A program made the translations under genes and the position numbers. This document shows, piece by piece, positions 38,279-47,362 of a stretch of DNA of 64,000 nt. Numbering within the stretch: position 1 is the stretch's first letter; each line of letters opens with the position of its first letter. The DNA is from an uncultured bacterium (GTDB lineage Bacteria > Planctomycetota > UBA1135 > GCA-002686595). The notes under the pieces were generated by a model. That model was given only the letters and a program-made list of their open reading frames with translations, ran no database searches and was not told the DNA's origin. The stretch lies in the NCBI GenBank assembly GCA_938083085.1, contig CALLKX010000057.1, positions 15,994-79,993 on the forward strand, written 5' to 3'.

Positions 38279-40879
38279 TCATCTTCGCCGGCGCCGCCTG
38301 GGGCGCGAGCTGGGGCGGGCCGAGAGGGCGTCCTCCGGCCAATCGTGCTTTGGATAACGCGTGCGCAGGTCCTTGCGCACGTGGTGGTAGGCGTCCTTCC
38401 AGAAGCTCGCGAGGTCGTCGGTGACCTGCTGCGGGCGGCCGTTGGGCGCGAGCAGGTGGAGCAGCACCGGGACCTTCCCGCGGGCCACGCGCGGGGTCTC
38501 CGGGAGCCCGAACACCTCCTGAATCCGGACCGCGAGCACGGGCGCCCGCTCGCCGTCGTAGAGCAGCCGCAGCCGCGAGCCGCTCGGCACCAAGACCCGC
38601 TCGGGCGCGTGGGTGTCCAGCCCCACCCGCTGCGCGTGGGTGAGGCCGCCGAGCAGGACCTCCACCACCGGGGCCTTCTGTAGGTCCGCGAACGAGCGAC
38701 GCCCAGGGACGAGCATCGGGAGCAGCGCCTCGAAGGCCGCCAAGTCCGGCTCGGGGAGCTCGAGCTCGGGGGCGTGGGACCGGAGGAACCGGATGCGCTC
38801 CACGACCCCGCTCACCTCCTCACGGTCAAGGCCAAGGGCCGCGCCGAGGTCCTCCCGCGCGGCCTCCAGCAGGACCGCCTCGGCGGCGGGCGCGTCCTGG
38901 ACGGGGTGATCCGACTCCGCGAGCAACAGGGGGCCGAGCAGCTCCCGGCGGCGCCCGACGACCCGGCGCAGCCGCGCGTCGAAGACGGGCACGGTCTCCA
39001 CGCGCACCTCACCGCCGTCGACCCATTCCCGCTCCACCGCAGAAGCCATGCGCACCAGGTCCTCGTCCCCGCGCCGAAACCCGGCCGTGATCTGGATCGC
39101 GACGAAGAGCTCCGCCTCGGTCACGCCACACTCCCGCGCCAGCCGCACTCCGCGGCCGCCGGCCATCACCGCGCGCTCCCCGTCGTCGGACCGGCGGCGG
39201 CAGAGGCGGTCCGCGAAGGCCACGTGCACCGCACGGGCGAGGGCCTCCTCGGCGCCGTGGGCATCCAGCACCTCGCCCCCAGACGCGCCGCGGACGCGCC
39301 GAAGGATCTGGTCCCGCGCGCGCAGGACCTGGCGGGCCCCGCCCTGGACGAGCTCGCCCACAGACGTCGACGTGCGGCGGCTGGACTCGAAGGCGTGCAG
39401 CGCGGCCACCCGCTCGAAGAGGTCCGACTCGGTGGCGTCGGGGCGCGGCGCATGGGGCCCCCGTGCCGTGCGGAACGGGTCGCGCTCCGAGAGCATCGCC
39501 GCCGCCAGCGCCGCCTCCTCGGCGACCCCTAGCTCGGCGCCCTCGTGCACGAGGGCAGCCAGCCGCGGGTGGAGCGGCAGCCGCGCCAGCGACCGACCGC
39601 GACCGCTGATCTGTCCTCGCCTGTCGAGGGCGCCGAGGGCCGCCAGCAGCTCCAAGGCCCTGGTCGTCGCGTCCTCGCGGGGCGCCTCGAACCACGGGAA
39701 CGAGCGCACGTCCGATTCCCCCCACAGGGCGAGCTGGAGCACGGCGCCCGAGACGTCGAGGCGGCGGACCTCCGGCTCGAGGGCCGGCTCCAGGTTGCGG
39801 TCGTCCACGGCGCTCCAAAGACGCAGGCACAGCCCCGGCCCCAGGCGGCCCGCGCGGCCCGCCCGCTGGTCCGCAGCTGCGCGGTCGATGCGCTCGACCT
39901 TGAGCCGATCGATCCCGGCCCCCGGCTCGTGCCGCATGACCCGCGCCTCGCCGCTGTCGACGACGGCGCGGACGCCCGCCACCGTCACGCTGGACTCGGC
40001 GACGTTGGTCGAGAGCACGACCCGGCGGCGCGGCCCCTCACGCAGGGCGGCGTCCTGCTTCTCGGGCGGGAGGTCCCCGTAGAGCTCGACCACGTCGACC
40101 CCCTTGATCGACCCCAACGCCTGACCGCAGCGCCGGATCTCCCCCACCCCGGCGAGGAACACGAGCACATCGCCCGTTGAGCGCTCGAGGGCCTGGCGAA
40201 CCGCCCGGCTGACCTGAGAGGCCAGGGCCTCGCGCCCGTCCCGGCTCCCCGCCGCGCCCCGCTCCGCCGGGACGAAGTCGAGCTCCACAGGAAAGAGCCG
40301 CCCCTCGCTGGTGACGATGGGCGCGGGGCCCGCGGCGCCGCCCAGGAAGGCCGCGATGGGCTCGGCCTGAAGCGTCGCGGAGGTCGCGATCAGGCGCAGG
40401 TCCTCGCGCGCCTCCTCACGGACGCGACGGGCCATGGCCAGAGCGAGGTCCGCCTCGAGGCTGCGCTCGTGGAATTCATCGAACACGATGCAGCCGACGC
40501 CCTCGAGGAAAGGGTCGTCCTGCAGCCGGGCGAGGAGGATCCCCTCGGTGCAGAAGAGGACCTGGGTCTTGGGGCCCGCCTTGCGGTCGAAGCGGACGTG
40601 ATAGCCGACCTCTTGCCCCAGCTGCCAGCCGTTCTCCTCGGCCACCCGGCGGGCGGCGGCGCGGGCGGCGATCCGCCGCGGCTCGAGGACCACCACCGGA
40701 CCCAGACCCGCCCGCAGGAGCGCGGGGGGCACCCGCGTGGTCTTTCCCGCTCCGGGAGGAGCGACGAGCACCGCGACGCCGCGGTCCCTGGTGGCGTCGA
40801 GGACCTCCTCGAGGACGTCCTCGATCGGTAGCTCCGCCTTCGGCGCCCGCCCCTGCTGCTGATCGTCCGGTTGAACCAT
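38279..40879 (-). CDS. hrpB: ATP-dependent RNA helicase HrpB
   Basis: APPGAGKTT, DEFHER, SATL, TNVAESSVT, QRAGRAGR; HrpB C-terminal LLAPNGRPQQVTDDLASFW...RYPKHDWP. Confidence 0.95.
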   Translation of the reverse strand: MVQPDDQQQGRAPKAELPIEDVLEEVLDATRDRGVAVLVAPPGAGKTTRVPPALLRAGLGPVVVLEPRRIAARAAARRVAEENGWQLGQEVGYHVRFDRKAGPKTQVLFCTEGILLARLQDDPFLEGVGCIVFDEFHERSLEADLALAMARRVREEAREDLRLIATSATLQAEPIAAFLGGAAGPAPIVTSEGRLFPVELDFVPAERGAAGSRDGREALASQVSRAVRQALERSTGDVLVFLAGVGEIRRCGQALGSIKGVDVVELYGDLPPEKQDAALREGPRRRVVLSTNVAESSVTVAGVRAVVDSGEARVMRHEPGAGIDRLKVERIDRAAADQRAGRAGRLGPGLCLRLWSAVDDRNLEPALEPEVRRLDVSGAVLQLALWGESDVRSFPWFEAPREDATTRALELLAALGALDRRGQISGRGRSLARLPLHPRLAALVHEGAELGVAEEAALAAAMLSERDPFRTARGPHAPRPDATESDLFERVAALHAFESSRRTSTSVGELVQGGARQVLRARDQILRRVRGASGGEVLDAHGAEEALARAVHVAFADRLCRRRSDDGERAVMAGGRGVRLARECGVTEAELFVAIQITAGFRRGDEDLVRMASAVEREWVDGGEVRVETVPVFDARLRRVVGRRRELLGPLLLAESDHPVQDAPAAEAVLLEAAREDLGAALGLDREEVSGVVERIRFLRSHAPELELPEPDLAAFEALLPMLVPGRRSFADLQKAPVVEVLLGGLTHAQRVGLDTHAPERVLVPSGSRLRLLYDGERAPVLAVRIQEVFGLPETPRVARGKVPVLLHLLAPNGRPQQVTDDLASFWKDAYHHVRKDLRTRYPKHDWPEDALSARPSSRPRRRRRR

Positions 40880-40892
40880 CTCGAGGCCGGCC

Positions 40893-41351
40893 TCAGTTCA
40901 TCGCCGCCTGGAACGCCACGCGGATCGCCTCCACGCGGCGCCGGTTCGCCCCGAGGTCGGAGTAGCCCAGCCGGGACGCTGAGCGCACCTGGATCACCCC
41001 GGCGTCCAGGTCCAGGCGCGCCTCGAAGTCGTCGCGGAAGCCCAGCACGCGCGTCTTGAACACCGCGTGCAGATAACGCGGCTCACGGGCCTCGATCGTC
41101 GCGCGCGCCTCGAGCACCGCCGCGAGGCTGTCGAACGCCATCTCCGGGGCGACCCCCGCCGGGATCAAGAGGGGCTCTACCCGCGATGCGTCCCCCTGAG
41201 CGGCCTCGCTCGAGACACAATTTGGCGATCCAGGGCACGCTCGGAGCGCCCCTCCCTCCAGCCCGACGGCGGGCCCTACGCAGCTGGTGGCGACGAGCAG
41301 GAGCAGGCCGGAGGCGAGCACGGCGGTGGCGAGCATGGCGCGGAGGGTCAT
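40893..41351 (-). CDS. DUF1499 family lipoprotein
   Basis: CPGSPNCVSS, FRDDFE, IQVRSASRLGYSDLGANRRRVE; lipobox VATSC when started at ATG 41351. Confidence 0.88.
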   Translation of the reverse strand: MTLRAMLATAVLASGLLLLVATSCVGPAVGLEGGALRACPGSPNCVSSEAAQGDASRVEPLLIPAGVAPEMAFDSLAAVLEARATIEAREPRYLHAVFKTRVLGFRDDFEARLDLDAGVIQVRSASRLGYSDLGANRRRVEAIRVAFQAAMN

Positions 41352-41511
41352 CGGAGGAAGGCGTGGCGCTGGAGTCTCGGAGAAATCGGGCTCCAGGGGA
41401 ACCTCGACTTCGCGCGCGTCGGGCACCAGAGGCAGGAAACTCACCGCGCAGATCGGTAGGATCGGGGTCGTAGGGGGAAGAGGGGCGCGTTCCGCACCCT
41501 GCTCGAACATC

Positions 41512-44238
41512 ATGATGGGTTTTTGTCACCTGGAGCTGCTGCTCCGCGCGAACACGACGTGGGTCCTTGGGCTCGTGCCTGCCGGGGGGACCAGCGTCCT
41601 CGAGAAGCTGCCGCTGATCGTCGGCGGCGCGATTATTGGCGGGTCCGTAGCCTGGTTTTTTGCCAAGCGCCAGAGCCTGACCCAGCACCGGGTCCAGCAG
41701 GAGCTTTGGGATCGCAAGTTCCGGCTCGCCGAGGCCGACCGCGAGTCCGCGGTCACGTCGCTGAACCAGAACAACATCGACGTCAAGCGCATCAAGGGGA
41801 CGTATGAGGCCCACGTGCAGCGCATCACAGCGCTGCAGGCAGAGCTCATGTCCGAGCGCGCCCACGTCGAGCAGCTCGGGGCCCGGATTGACGAGCAGGA
41901 CGAGGCCGCCCACGGCTTGCTACAAGCCCGGGACACCAGCGACGCCGCGGCCACCGCTGCACGGTCCGAGGCGGAGAAGAAGTCGAGGGGGCACCTGGAG
42001 ATCGCCAAGGAGCGGGATGGCCTGGTCTCCCGCGTGACCGAGCTGGAGTCCGAGCTCAAGCAGGCCCAGACGAAGATCACCGAAGACACCCGTTCCTTCC
42101 GCGCCTCCATCGCCGAGCGGGACGAGCAGGTCGCAGAGTGGCAGCGCCGCCACGCGGAGGACCAGGAGTCCACCAGCGCGACGCTCACGGGCCTCGAGGA
42201 GAGGATCCTCGAGCTGGAGCCGACACCCGCGCTGCTCGAAGAGACCCGTCTTGATCTCGACGAGTCCCGCGCCGAGCGCGCGCGACTGGCCCGCGACAGC
42301 GCCATGGCCATCGAGGAGATCGAGGCCAAGGCCGCCGAAGAGCTGGAGGATCTCCAGCGCGCGCACGACGAGGCACAACGTACCGCGGGCGCGGAGGCGG
42401 CGCGGGTCCAGGCCGAGCTGAGCGAGCATCTCGCAGAGCTCAAGCCGCTCCCTGAACAGCTCGAGGCCGGGCGCGTCGAGCTGGAGTTGGTCCGGGCAGA
42501 GCTCAACGGCCTGCTGGAGTCCACCACGGCCGAGAAGGAGGCCGCATCGAAGGATCTCGAGGCCCTGCGCCGCTCCACCCAGGAGGCTCGCGAGGCTGCG
42601 TCCTCCGAAGCTGGCATCATCCAGGGGCAGCTCCAGAGCCGCCTCGCAGCACTCGAGCCGCTCCCCGAGCAGCTCGAGACCACTCGCCGTGAGCTGGAGT
42701 CCGTGCGAGCCGAGCTCGCCTTGCTCCTCCAGTCCAGCACGGCCGCGGAGGACGCTGCGGCCGCAGAGCTCGACGCCCTGCGCCGCTCCACCCAGGACGC
42801 CCGCGAGGCCGCCTCGGCCGAGTCTGGAGTCGTCCGGGGTCAGCTGCAGAGCCGCCTCGCGACCCTCGAGCCCCTGCCCGAGCAGCTCGAGGCCGCCCGC
42901 AAGACCCTCGAGACCGTACGGCGAGACCGGGACACCCTGGCCGAGTCGACGGCCGCCGAGATCTCCGCGCTCAAGGGGCAGATCGACCAGCTGCTCCCCC
43001 TCGAGGAGCGGCTCAAAGACAGCCGCAGCGAGACGGACAAGCTCCGCACCGAACTCGCGAACCTCGAGGCGACCTCCGCCAACCACGAGTCCGAGCTGCG
43101 GGAGCGCATCACCGAGCTGGAGCCGCTTCGGGAGCAGCTCAGCGCCACGCAGAGCGACCTGCGGAACTCGCGTGACCGGGTTATCGAGCTCGAGCCGCTG
43201 GTCTCTCGTCTGGCTCGCGTGGAGACCGAACTCTCCGTTGCTGGAACGGCGAACAGCTCGCTGCAGACCTCAAGCGAGGAGGAGATCGACACGCTCGAGG
43301 CGCGGATCGAAGAGCTCGAGCCGGTGGTTGTTGAGCTGGCTCGCCGTGAGGGTGAGCTCACGGTCATGCGCGAGCGCATGCTGGCGCTGGAACCGCTGCC
43401 CGCGCAGCTCCGCGACCGGGAAGCTGAGCTGGAGGCGCTCCGTGCGACCTCCGAGACGAGCGAGGACAGTGCACGCCTGCGGGAACGTGAGCTCGGGCAA
43501 CGCTTGAAGCAGCTCGAGGGCATCGAGGACGAGTTCCTCGCGACTCGCAAGGAGTTCGGCGACTTCAAGAAGGCCGCCGCGCGCGACGCGCGGGCGTCGG
43601 AGCTGGAGGCCAAGCGCCTCGCGACGGCACTCAGCGAGCTGACGGCGCGCGCCGCCGAGGTCGAGACGCTCCGCGGGCGACTGACCGAGCTGCAGGCCTC
43701 TCAGAAGGCGGACCAGCGCGAGGCGCATCAGCTGCGTGGCCAGTCCACGAAGCTCGAGACGCGCCTGACGAGCACCAAGCTCAAGCTGGACGAGCATGCT
43801 GCGCAGCTGAAGGAGGCGCGGACGGAGCTCACCAAGCTCCGCCGGGTAGCGGCTCGTGCCGAGGCCAAGGACCAAGCGTCGGCGGCCAAGGCGGCCTCGA
43901 CCAAGGCCGCAGCCGGCGTGAAGCCGCAGTCCACCAAGGCCGGTCTGGCCCCAAAGAAGACCGCCGCGACGCGCGCTGAGACGAAGGAGAACGTCAAGAC
44001 GATCCAGCCGGCCCCGCGCCGCGGACAGGACGACCTGACGGCGATCAGCGGCATCGGCCCCAGCTACGAGAAGGTCCTCAAGAAGGCCGGGATCCACCGC
44101 TTCGAGCAGCTGGCCACCTTGACCGCCCCCAAGCTCTCCGCCCTGGCCGAGAAGATCGACATCCCGGTGGACCGGATCAAGAAGGACCGCTGGGTCCAGA
44201 AGGCCAAGGCGGCCCACCAGAAGAAGTACAAGGCGTAG
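41512..44238 (+). CDS. Membrane-anchored long coiled-coil protein with C-terminal helix-hairpin-helix domain
   Basis: TM LPLIVGGAIIGGSVAWFF; about 750 aa of E/L/R/A-rich heptads; K/A-rich linker; DDLTAISGIGP...AGIHRFEQLA...RWVQKAK. The start codon is uncertain. Confidence 0.8.
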   Translation: MMGFCHLELLLRANTTWVLGLVPAGGTSVLEKLPLIVGGAIIGGSVAWFFAKRQSLTQHRVQQELWDRKFRLAEADRESAVTSLNQNNIDVKRIKGTYEAHVQRITALQAELMSERAHVEQLGARIDEQDEAAHGLLQARDTSDAAATAARSEAEKKSRGHLEIAKERDGLVSRVTELESELKQAQTKITEDTRSFRASIAERDEQVAEWQRRHAEDQESTSATLTGLEERILELEPTPALLEETRLDLDESRAERARLARDSAMAIEEIEAKAAEELEDLQRAHDEAQRTAGAEAARVQAELSEHLAELKPLPEQLEAGRVELELVRAELNGLLESTTAEKEAASKDLEALRRSTQEAREAASSEAGIIQGQLQSRLAALEPLPEQLETTRRELESVRAELALLLQSSTAAEDAAAAELDALRRSTQDAREAASAESGVVRGQLQSRLATLEPLPEQLEAARKTLETVRRDRDTLAESTAAEISALKGQIDQLLPLEERLKDSRSETDKLRTELANLEATSANHESELRERITELEPLREQLSATQSDLRNSRDRVIELEPLVSRLARVETELSVAGTANSSLQTSSEEEIDTLEARIEELEPVVVELARREGELTVMRERMLALEPLPAQLRDREAELEALRATSETSEDSARLRERELGQRLKQLEGIEDEFLATRKEFGDFKKAAARDARASELEAKRLATALSELTARAAEVETLRGRLTELQASQKADQREAHQLRGQSTKLETRLTSTKLKLDEHAAQLKEARTELTKLRRVAARAEAKDQASAAKAASTKAAAGVKPQSTKAGLAPKKTAATRAETKENVKTIQPAPRRGQDDLTAISGIGPSYEKVLKKAGIHRFEQLATLTAPKLSALAEKIDIPVDRIKKDRWVQKAKAAHQKKYKA
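42445..42891 (+). repeat. Internal 213-bp (71-aa) tandem repeat, two full units plus the start of a third
   Basis: PLPEQLE codons begin at 42445, 42658 and 42871; LRRSTQ(E/D)AREAAS and GQLQSRLA are repeated. Confidence 0.85.
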
Positions 44239-44261
44239 GCCCGCGCGCGGCAGCATCAAAC

Positions 44262-44295
44262 GAAGAGCCCGGCTGTCCACGCAGCCGGGCTCTTC
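44262..44295 (+). terminator. Probable intrinsic terminator
   Basis: Perfect 14-bp stem GAAGAGCCCGGCTG / CAGCCGGGCTCTTC, 6-nt loop, followed by TGTGTT, 23 nt after the stop codon. Confidence 0.75.
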
Positions 44296-44334
44296 TGTGT
44301 TCGCAGCGGCGCGCGGGCGGCCCACAATAGGGCG

Positions 44335-45054
44335 ATGCCCGCCCGCCCGACGACCAGCGCCGCCCGACCGCAGACGGCCCGGCTCCCCTATCGCGACCGG
44401 TACTCCCTGGCCGCCTGGGTCTACGACATCGCGACAGCGGGCTGGAGCGGGGGCGCGATCTGGCGGACGAGGGCCCGGGCGCTCGTGCACAGCCCCCCCG
44501 GGTCGACGGTGCTGATCCCCGGTCCGGGGACCGGCAGGCTCGCGGTGGAGGCCGCTCGCATGGGTCTCCGGGTGACCGCAGTGGAGCGTTCACCGCGGAT
44601 GCTCGCGCGCTTCAAGAAGCGGGCCGCACGCGATCGCCTCGAGGTCGAGGCACAGCTAGGGGACGCCCTCGAGCTCCCCGCCGAACCGCTCTACGACACC
44701 GTGGTCCTCGAGCACTTCCTCAACGTGTTCCCACCCGAGGAGATGGTCCACGTACGGGACCAGATGATCGCGCGGGTCCGCCCCGGGGGCGTTCTGGCCG
44801 TGGCGGACTTCACTCCCCTCGATCCGCGGGCCTCTGGGCTCGCAAGGCTGGCGCAACGGCTCCATCATGTGACCCCGCTGGGGGGCTGCGCGCTGCTCAC
44901 GGGAAACGCCATGCACTCGATCTACGACCACGGCCTAGACCTCGAGGGGAGGCCCGACCTCTCCCTGGTGGAGGTCCACGACGAACGCAGCTTCCACCTC
45001 GGGCCCGCCTGGTTCCGGTGCTGGATCTTTCGCCGGCAGGAGGCCAGCGAATGA
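44335..45054 (+). CDS. Class I SAM-dependent methyltransferase
   Basis: VLIPGPGTG (motif I), AVERSPRM, GDA, RPGGVLAVADF; CACAAT lies 6 nt before the ATG. Confidence 0.85.
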   Translation: MPARPTTSAARPQTARLPYRDRYSLAAWVYDIATAGWSGGAIWRTRARALVHSPPGSTVLIPGPGTGRLAVEAARMGLRVTAVERSPRMLARFKKRAARDRLEVEAQLGDALELPAEPLYDTVVLEHFLNVFPPEEMVHVRDQMIARVRPGGVLAVADFTPLDPRASGLARLAQRLHHVTPLGGCALLTGNAMHSIYDHGLDLEGRPDLSLVEVHDERSFHLGPAWFRCWIFRRQEASE

Positions 45055-46238
45055 TCTCCCCGGCTCCTTCGGTCGCCCGCGCCACCGCAGTGGCCCTCGC
45101 CAGCGGGGCACTGCTACTCACGACCTTCTTCCTTCTGGGCTGGAGCGATCTCGACGCGGCCTGGGCCGGGCTCGACTTCAACGCAGCGCTCTTCGAGGAC
45201 TTCCTGGGCCCTTACTGGCAGACCGCGTCGGCCCTCGCCGCCGGGGACTGTGAACCCGCGGAGCTCTACGTCTACCCCGCCTTCGGCGCGTGGCTCCTCG
45301 CTCCCCTCACGGTGCTCGGCGACGCCGCGGCGTCGTGGAGCTGCGCGGCGCTCATGGTCGGCGCCGCCTCACTGCTGCTCGCCAGCCTCTTCACCCTGCG
45401 CCGGCCCTCGAGTTCCTGGGAGGCGGCGGCCGTGGGCGTCGCGGCGCTCCTCGCGCACCCGGTGGTCCATGGGGCCTACTGGGGCCAGGCCGCCCTGCCG
45501 GTCGCCGCGCTGACCCTGGCAGCCCTCGCCGCTTGGTCCCGCGGCCACGCCATCGCAGGAGGCGCCCTCCTCGGAGTCGCTGCTGCGATCAAGTTGACGC
45601 CTCTCGTCTTCCTAGCCGCTCCTCTCCTCGGTAGAGAGCAGCCCGGCCTGCGGCGAGCCCTCACCTGGGCCATCGGCTCGTTCCTGGCCTGCGCGGTCCT
45701 CATCCCGCTCGTGGCCATGGGCCCCGCGGGGTTCTTGGAGTTTCACGTGGAGGCCGCCCGGCACCTGCGGGCCCTCGCGAGCGAGGCTTCCACCGCGGCT
45801 GGCGGGCGAGGGAGCCAGGACCCCGGGGCGCTGCTCGCGCGGTCCGCTGGGGACGGCGCGTTCTGGTTGGGCAAGGCCATGGGCTTCGCCGTGGCCGCCC
45901 TCCTCGTCCACGGAGCCCGGGCCGAGCTCAGGGGGCCTGCGCCGCGCTGGGACCTCGTGTTCGTCCTCCTCGCGGCGCTCCCCTGGCTCCTCGTGACCCC
46001 CACCTGGACCCACGGCCTCATCTGGATCGTGGTCGCCTGGCAAGCTGGATGGAGTGGCGGCCTCGTCGGAAGGGGCCTCGTTCTCACCTCTATGATCCTG
46101 GGCTCCCTCCCCCTACTTCTCTGGACAGACGATCCCGTCCGTCACGCTGAGCTCGGGATCCCAGCCGCCGCGGCAACCGTCGCGCTCATCGCCGCCCTCC
46201 TCTCCAGGCAGAGGCCCGAGGCGGCGCCTCACCGCTAG
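45051..46238 (+). CDS. GT87/DUF2029 family membrane glycosyltransferase (GT-C)
   Basis: ATGA overlap with the methyltransferase; FEDF..YW, YVYPAF..LLAPL, WGQ, IKLTP, PTWTHG; multiple TMs. Confidence 0.75.
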   Translation: MISPAPSVARATAVALASGALLLTTFFLLGWSDLDAAWAGLDFNAALFEDFLGPYWQTASALAAGDCEPAELYVYPAFGAWLLAPLTVLGDAAASWSCAALMVGAASLLLASLFTLRRPSSSWEAAAVGVAALLAHPVVHGAYWGQAALPVAALTLAALAAWSRGHAIAGGALLGVAAAIKLTPLVFLAAPLLGREQPGLRRALTWAIGSFLACAVLIPLVAMGPAGFLEFHVEAARHLRALASEASTAAGGRGSQDPGALLARSAGDGAFWLGKAMGFAVAALLVHGARAELRGPAPRWDLVFVLLAALPWLLVTPTWTHGLIWIVVAWQAGWSGGLVGRGLVLTSMILGSLPLLLWTDDPVRHAELGIPAAAATVALIAALLSRQRPEAAPHR

Positions 46239-46258
46239 GCCGATCGCGGCCGGCTGAG

Positions 46259-46318
46259 CTGGCTCAATCGTCTGGCTCAATCGTCTGGCTCAACCGTCTG
46301 GCTCAACCGTCTGGCTCA
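46259..46318. repeat. Intergenic 13-bp tandem repeat x4.6
   Basis: CTGGCTCAATCGT x2, CTGGCTCAACCGT x2, then CTGGCTCA. Confidence 0.9.
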
Positions 46319-46436
46319 CTGATCTGGCGGCCCGGCCCTCCGCTCCGTCTGCCGCGTCAAGCCGGGTCCCCGACCGACCGGAACGACCGAGTTCCGTTGC
46401 GAGTCGTCGGCGAGGGCTCTGGTCGCACGCGCTCTG

Positions 46437-46476
46437 GATCCCACGCGCCCTAGATCCCACACGCACGGGATCCCAC
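46437..46476. repeat. GATCCCAC direct repeat x3 at 16-bp period
   Basis: Copies start at 46437, 46453 and 46469. Confidence 0.7.
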
Positions 46477-46571
46477 ACCCCCGGGACCCTCGCCGAGTCG
46501 CAGGTCAACGGGAGCCTCGATCACAAGACCAGGCTCGCTGGGACCCGCTCCTTGGGCCTCGCTCGCTGGAC

Positions 46572-47357
46572 CTAGCCCACCGGAGCGTCGCTTCCCGGCG
46601 CCGCCCCACGTCCCAGCCGCCGCTCCGCCGCAGCCTCGACCGCGTCCAGGGCGGCCCCCATGCGCTCGACGGTCTCCGGGGACTCCGTCATCGCCATGAT
46701 GGGCTCGAGCTCGATGGGCTCCCCCACCTCGATCGCGATGCGGCTGAACGGGAACGGGACCAGCAGGCGGTCCCAGGTCTTGAGCTTGATGCCCCACGAG
46801 CAGGCGAAGGAGATCGGCACCACCGGGCTGCCCGAGAGGCGCGCGAGCATGATCGCCCCCGGCTTGAACTCGTGCGGCGGCCCCTTGGATCCGTCCGGCG
46901 CGATGAGGGGCGAGAGGTTCGCCTCCTTGATCGCCACGTACATGTCGCGCATGGCGAGGGCCCCGCTGCGGCGACCGGACCCGCGGATAGCGGTCACGCC
47001 CAGCTTGTCCAGCAGCCGCGCCCCCAGCTCGCCGTCCTTCGAGGGGCTCACCAGCGCTCCGGGCACGACCCCCCGGGCCTGGAGCCGGCGCAGGTAGGCG
47101 ACCCCCATGATCTGGCGCTGGTGCCAGATGCAGGGGATGAACCGCTCGCCGCGCTGGAGCAGCGGGTCGAGGTGCTCCTCCCCGTGCACGCGGATGCGGA
47201 GCGACGCCCAGTACAGGCGCAGCGCCTGGGCGAGCACCCAGGCGAAGCGGGGGAAGAGCTCGGTCCGCCAGCGCGGCATCGGCTTCTGGGCGCGCGGCGC
47301 CCCGCGCTCGCGATCGGGAAGCGGCGGCCGCTCCGGTTCAGTCTGCGATCCGCCCAT
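46572..47357 (-). CDS. DUF374 lysophospholipid-acyltransferase-superfamily protein (LpxJ-like)
   Basis: CIWHQR, LVSPSKDGE, IRGSG, APDGSKGP, KTWDRLLVPFPFSR. Confidence 0.85.
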   Translation of the reverse strand: MGGSQTEPERPPLPDRERGAPRAQKPMPRWRTELFPRFAWVLAQALRLYWASLRIRVHGEEHLDPLLQRGERFIPCIWHQRQIMGVAYLRRLQARGVVPGALVSPSKDGELGARLLDKLGVTAIRGSGRRSGALAMRDMYVAIKEANLSPLIAPDGSKGPPHEFKPGAIMLARLSGSPVVPISFACSWGIKLKTWDRLLVPFPFSRIAIEVGEPIELEPIMAMTESPETVERMGAALDAVEAAAERRLGRGAAPGSDAPVG

Positions 47358-47362
47358 CGGGT

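Noticed and set aside
41512-44238. SMC, SbcC or phage tape-measure protein
   Set aside because: No Walker or signature motifs, no hinge domain, and no phage genes in the neighbourhood.
46259-46318. Possible CRISPR array (also the repeats at 35421 and 51491)
   Set aside because: Units are 13-15 bp, directly tandem, with no unique spacers and no cas genes in the window.
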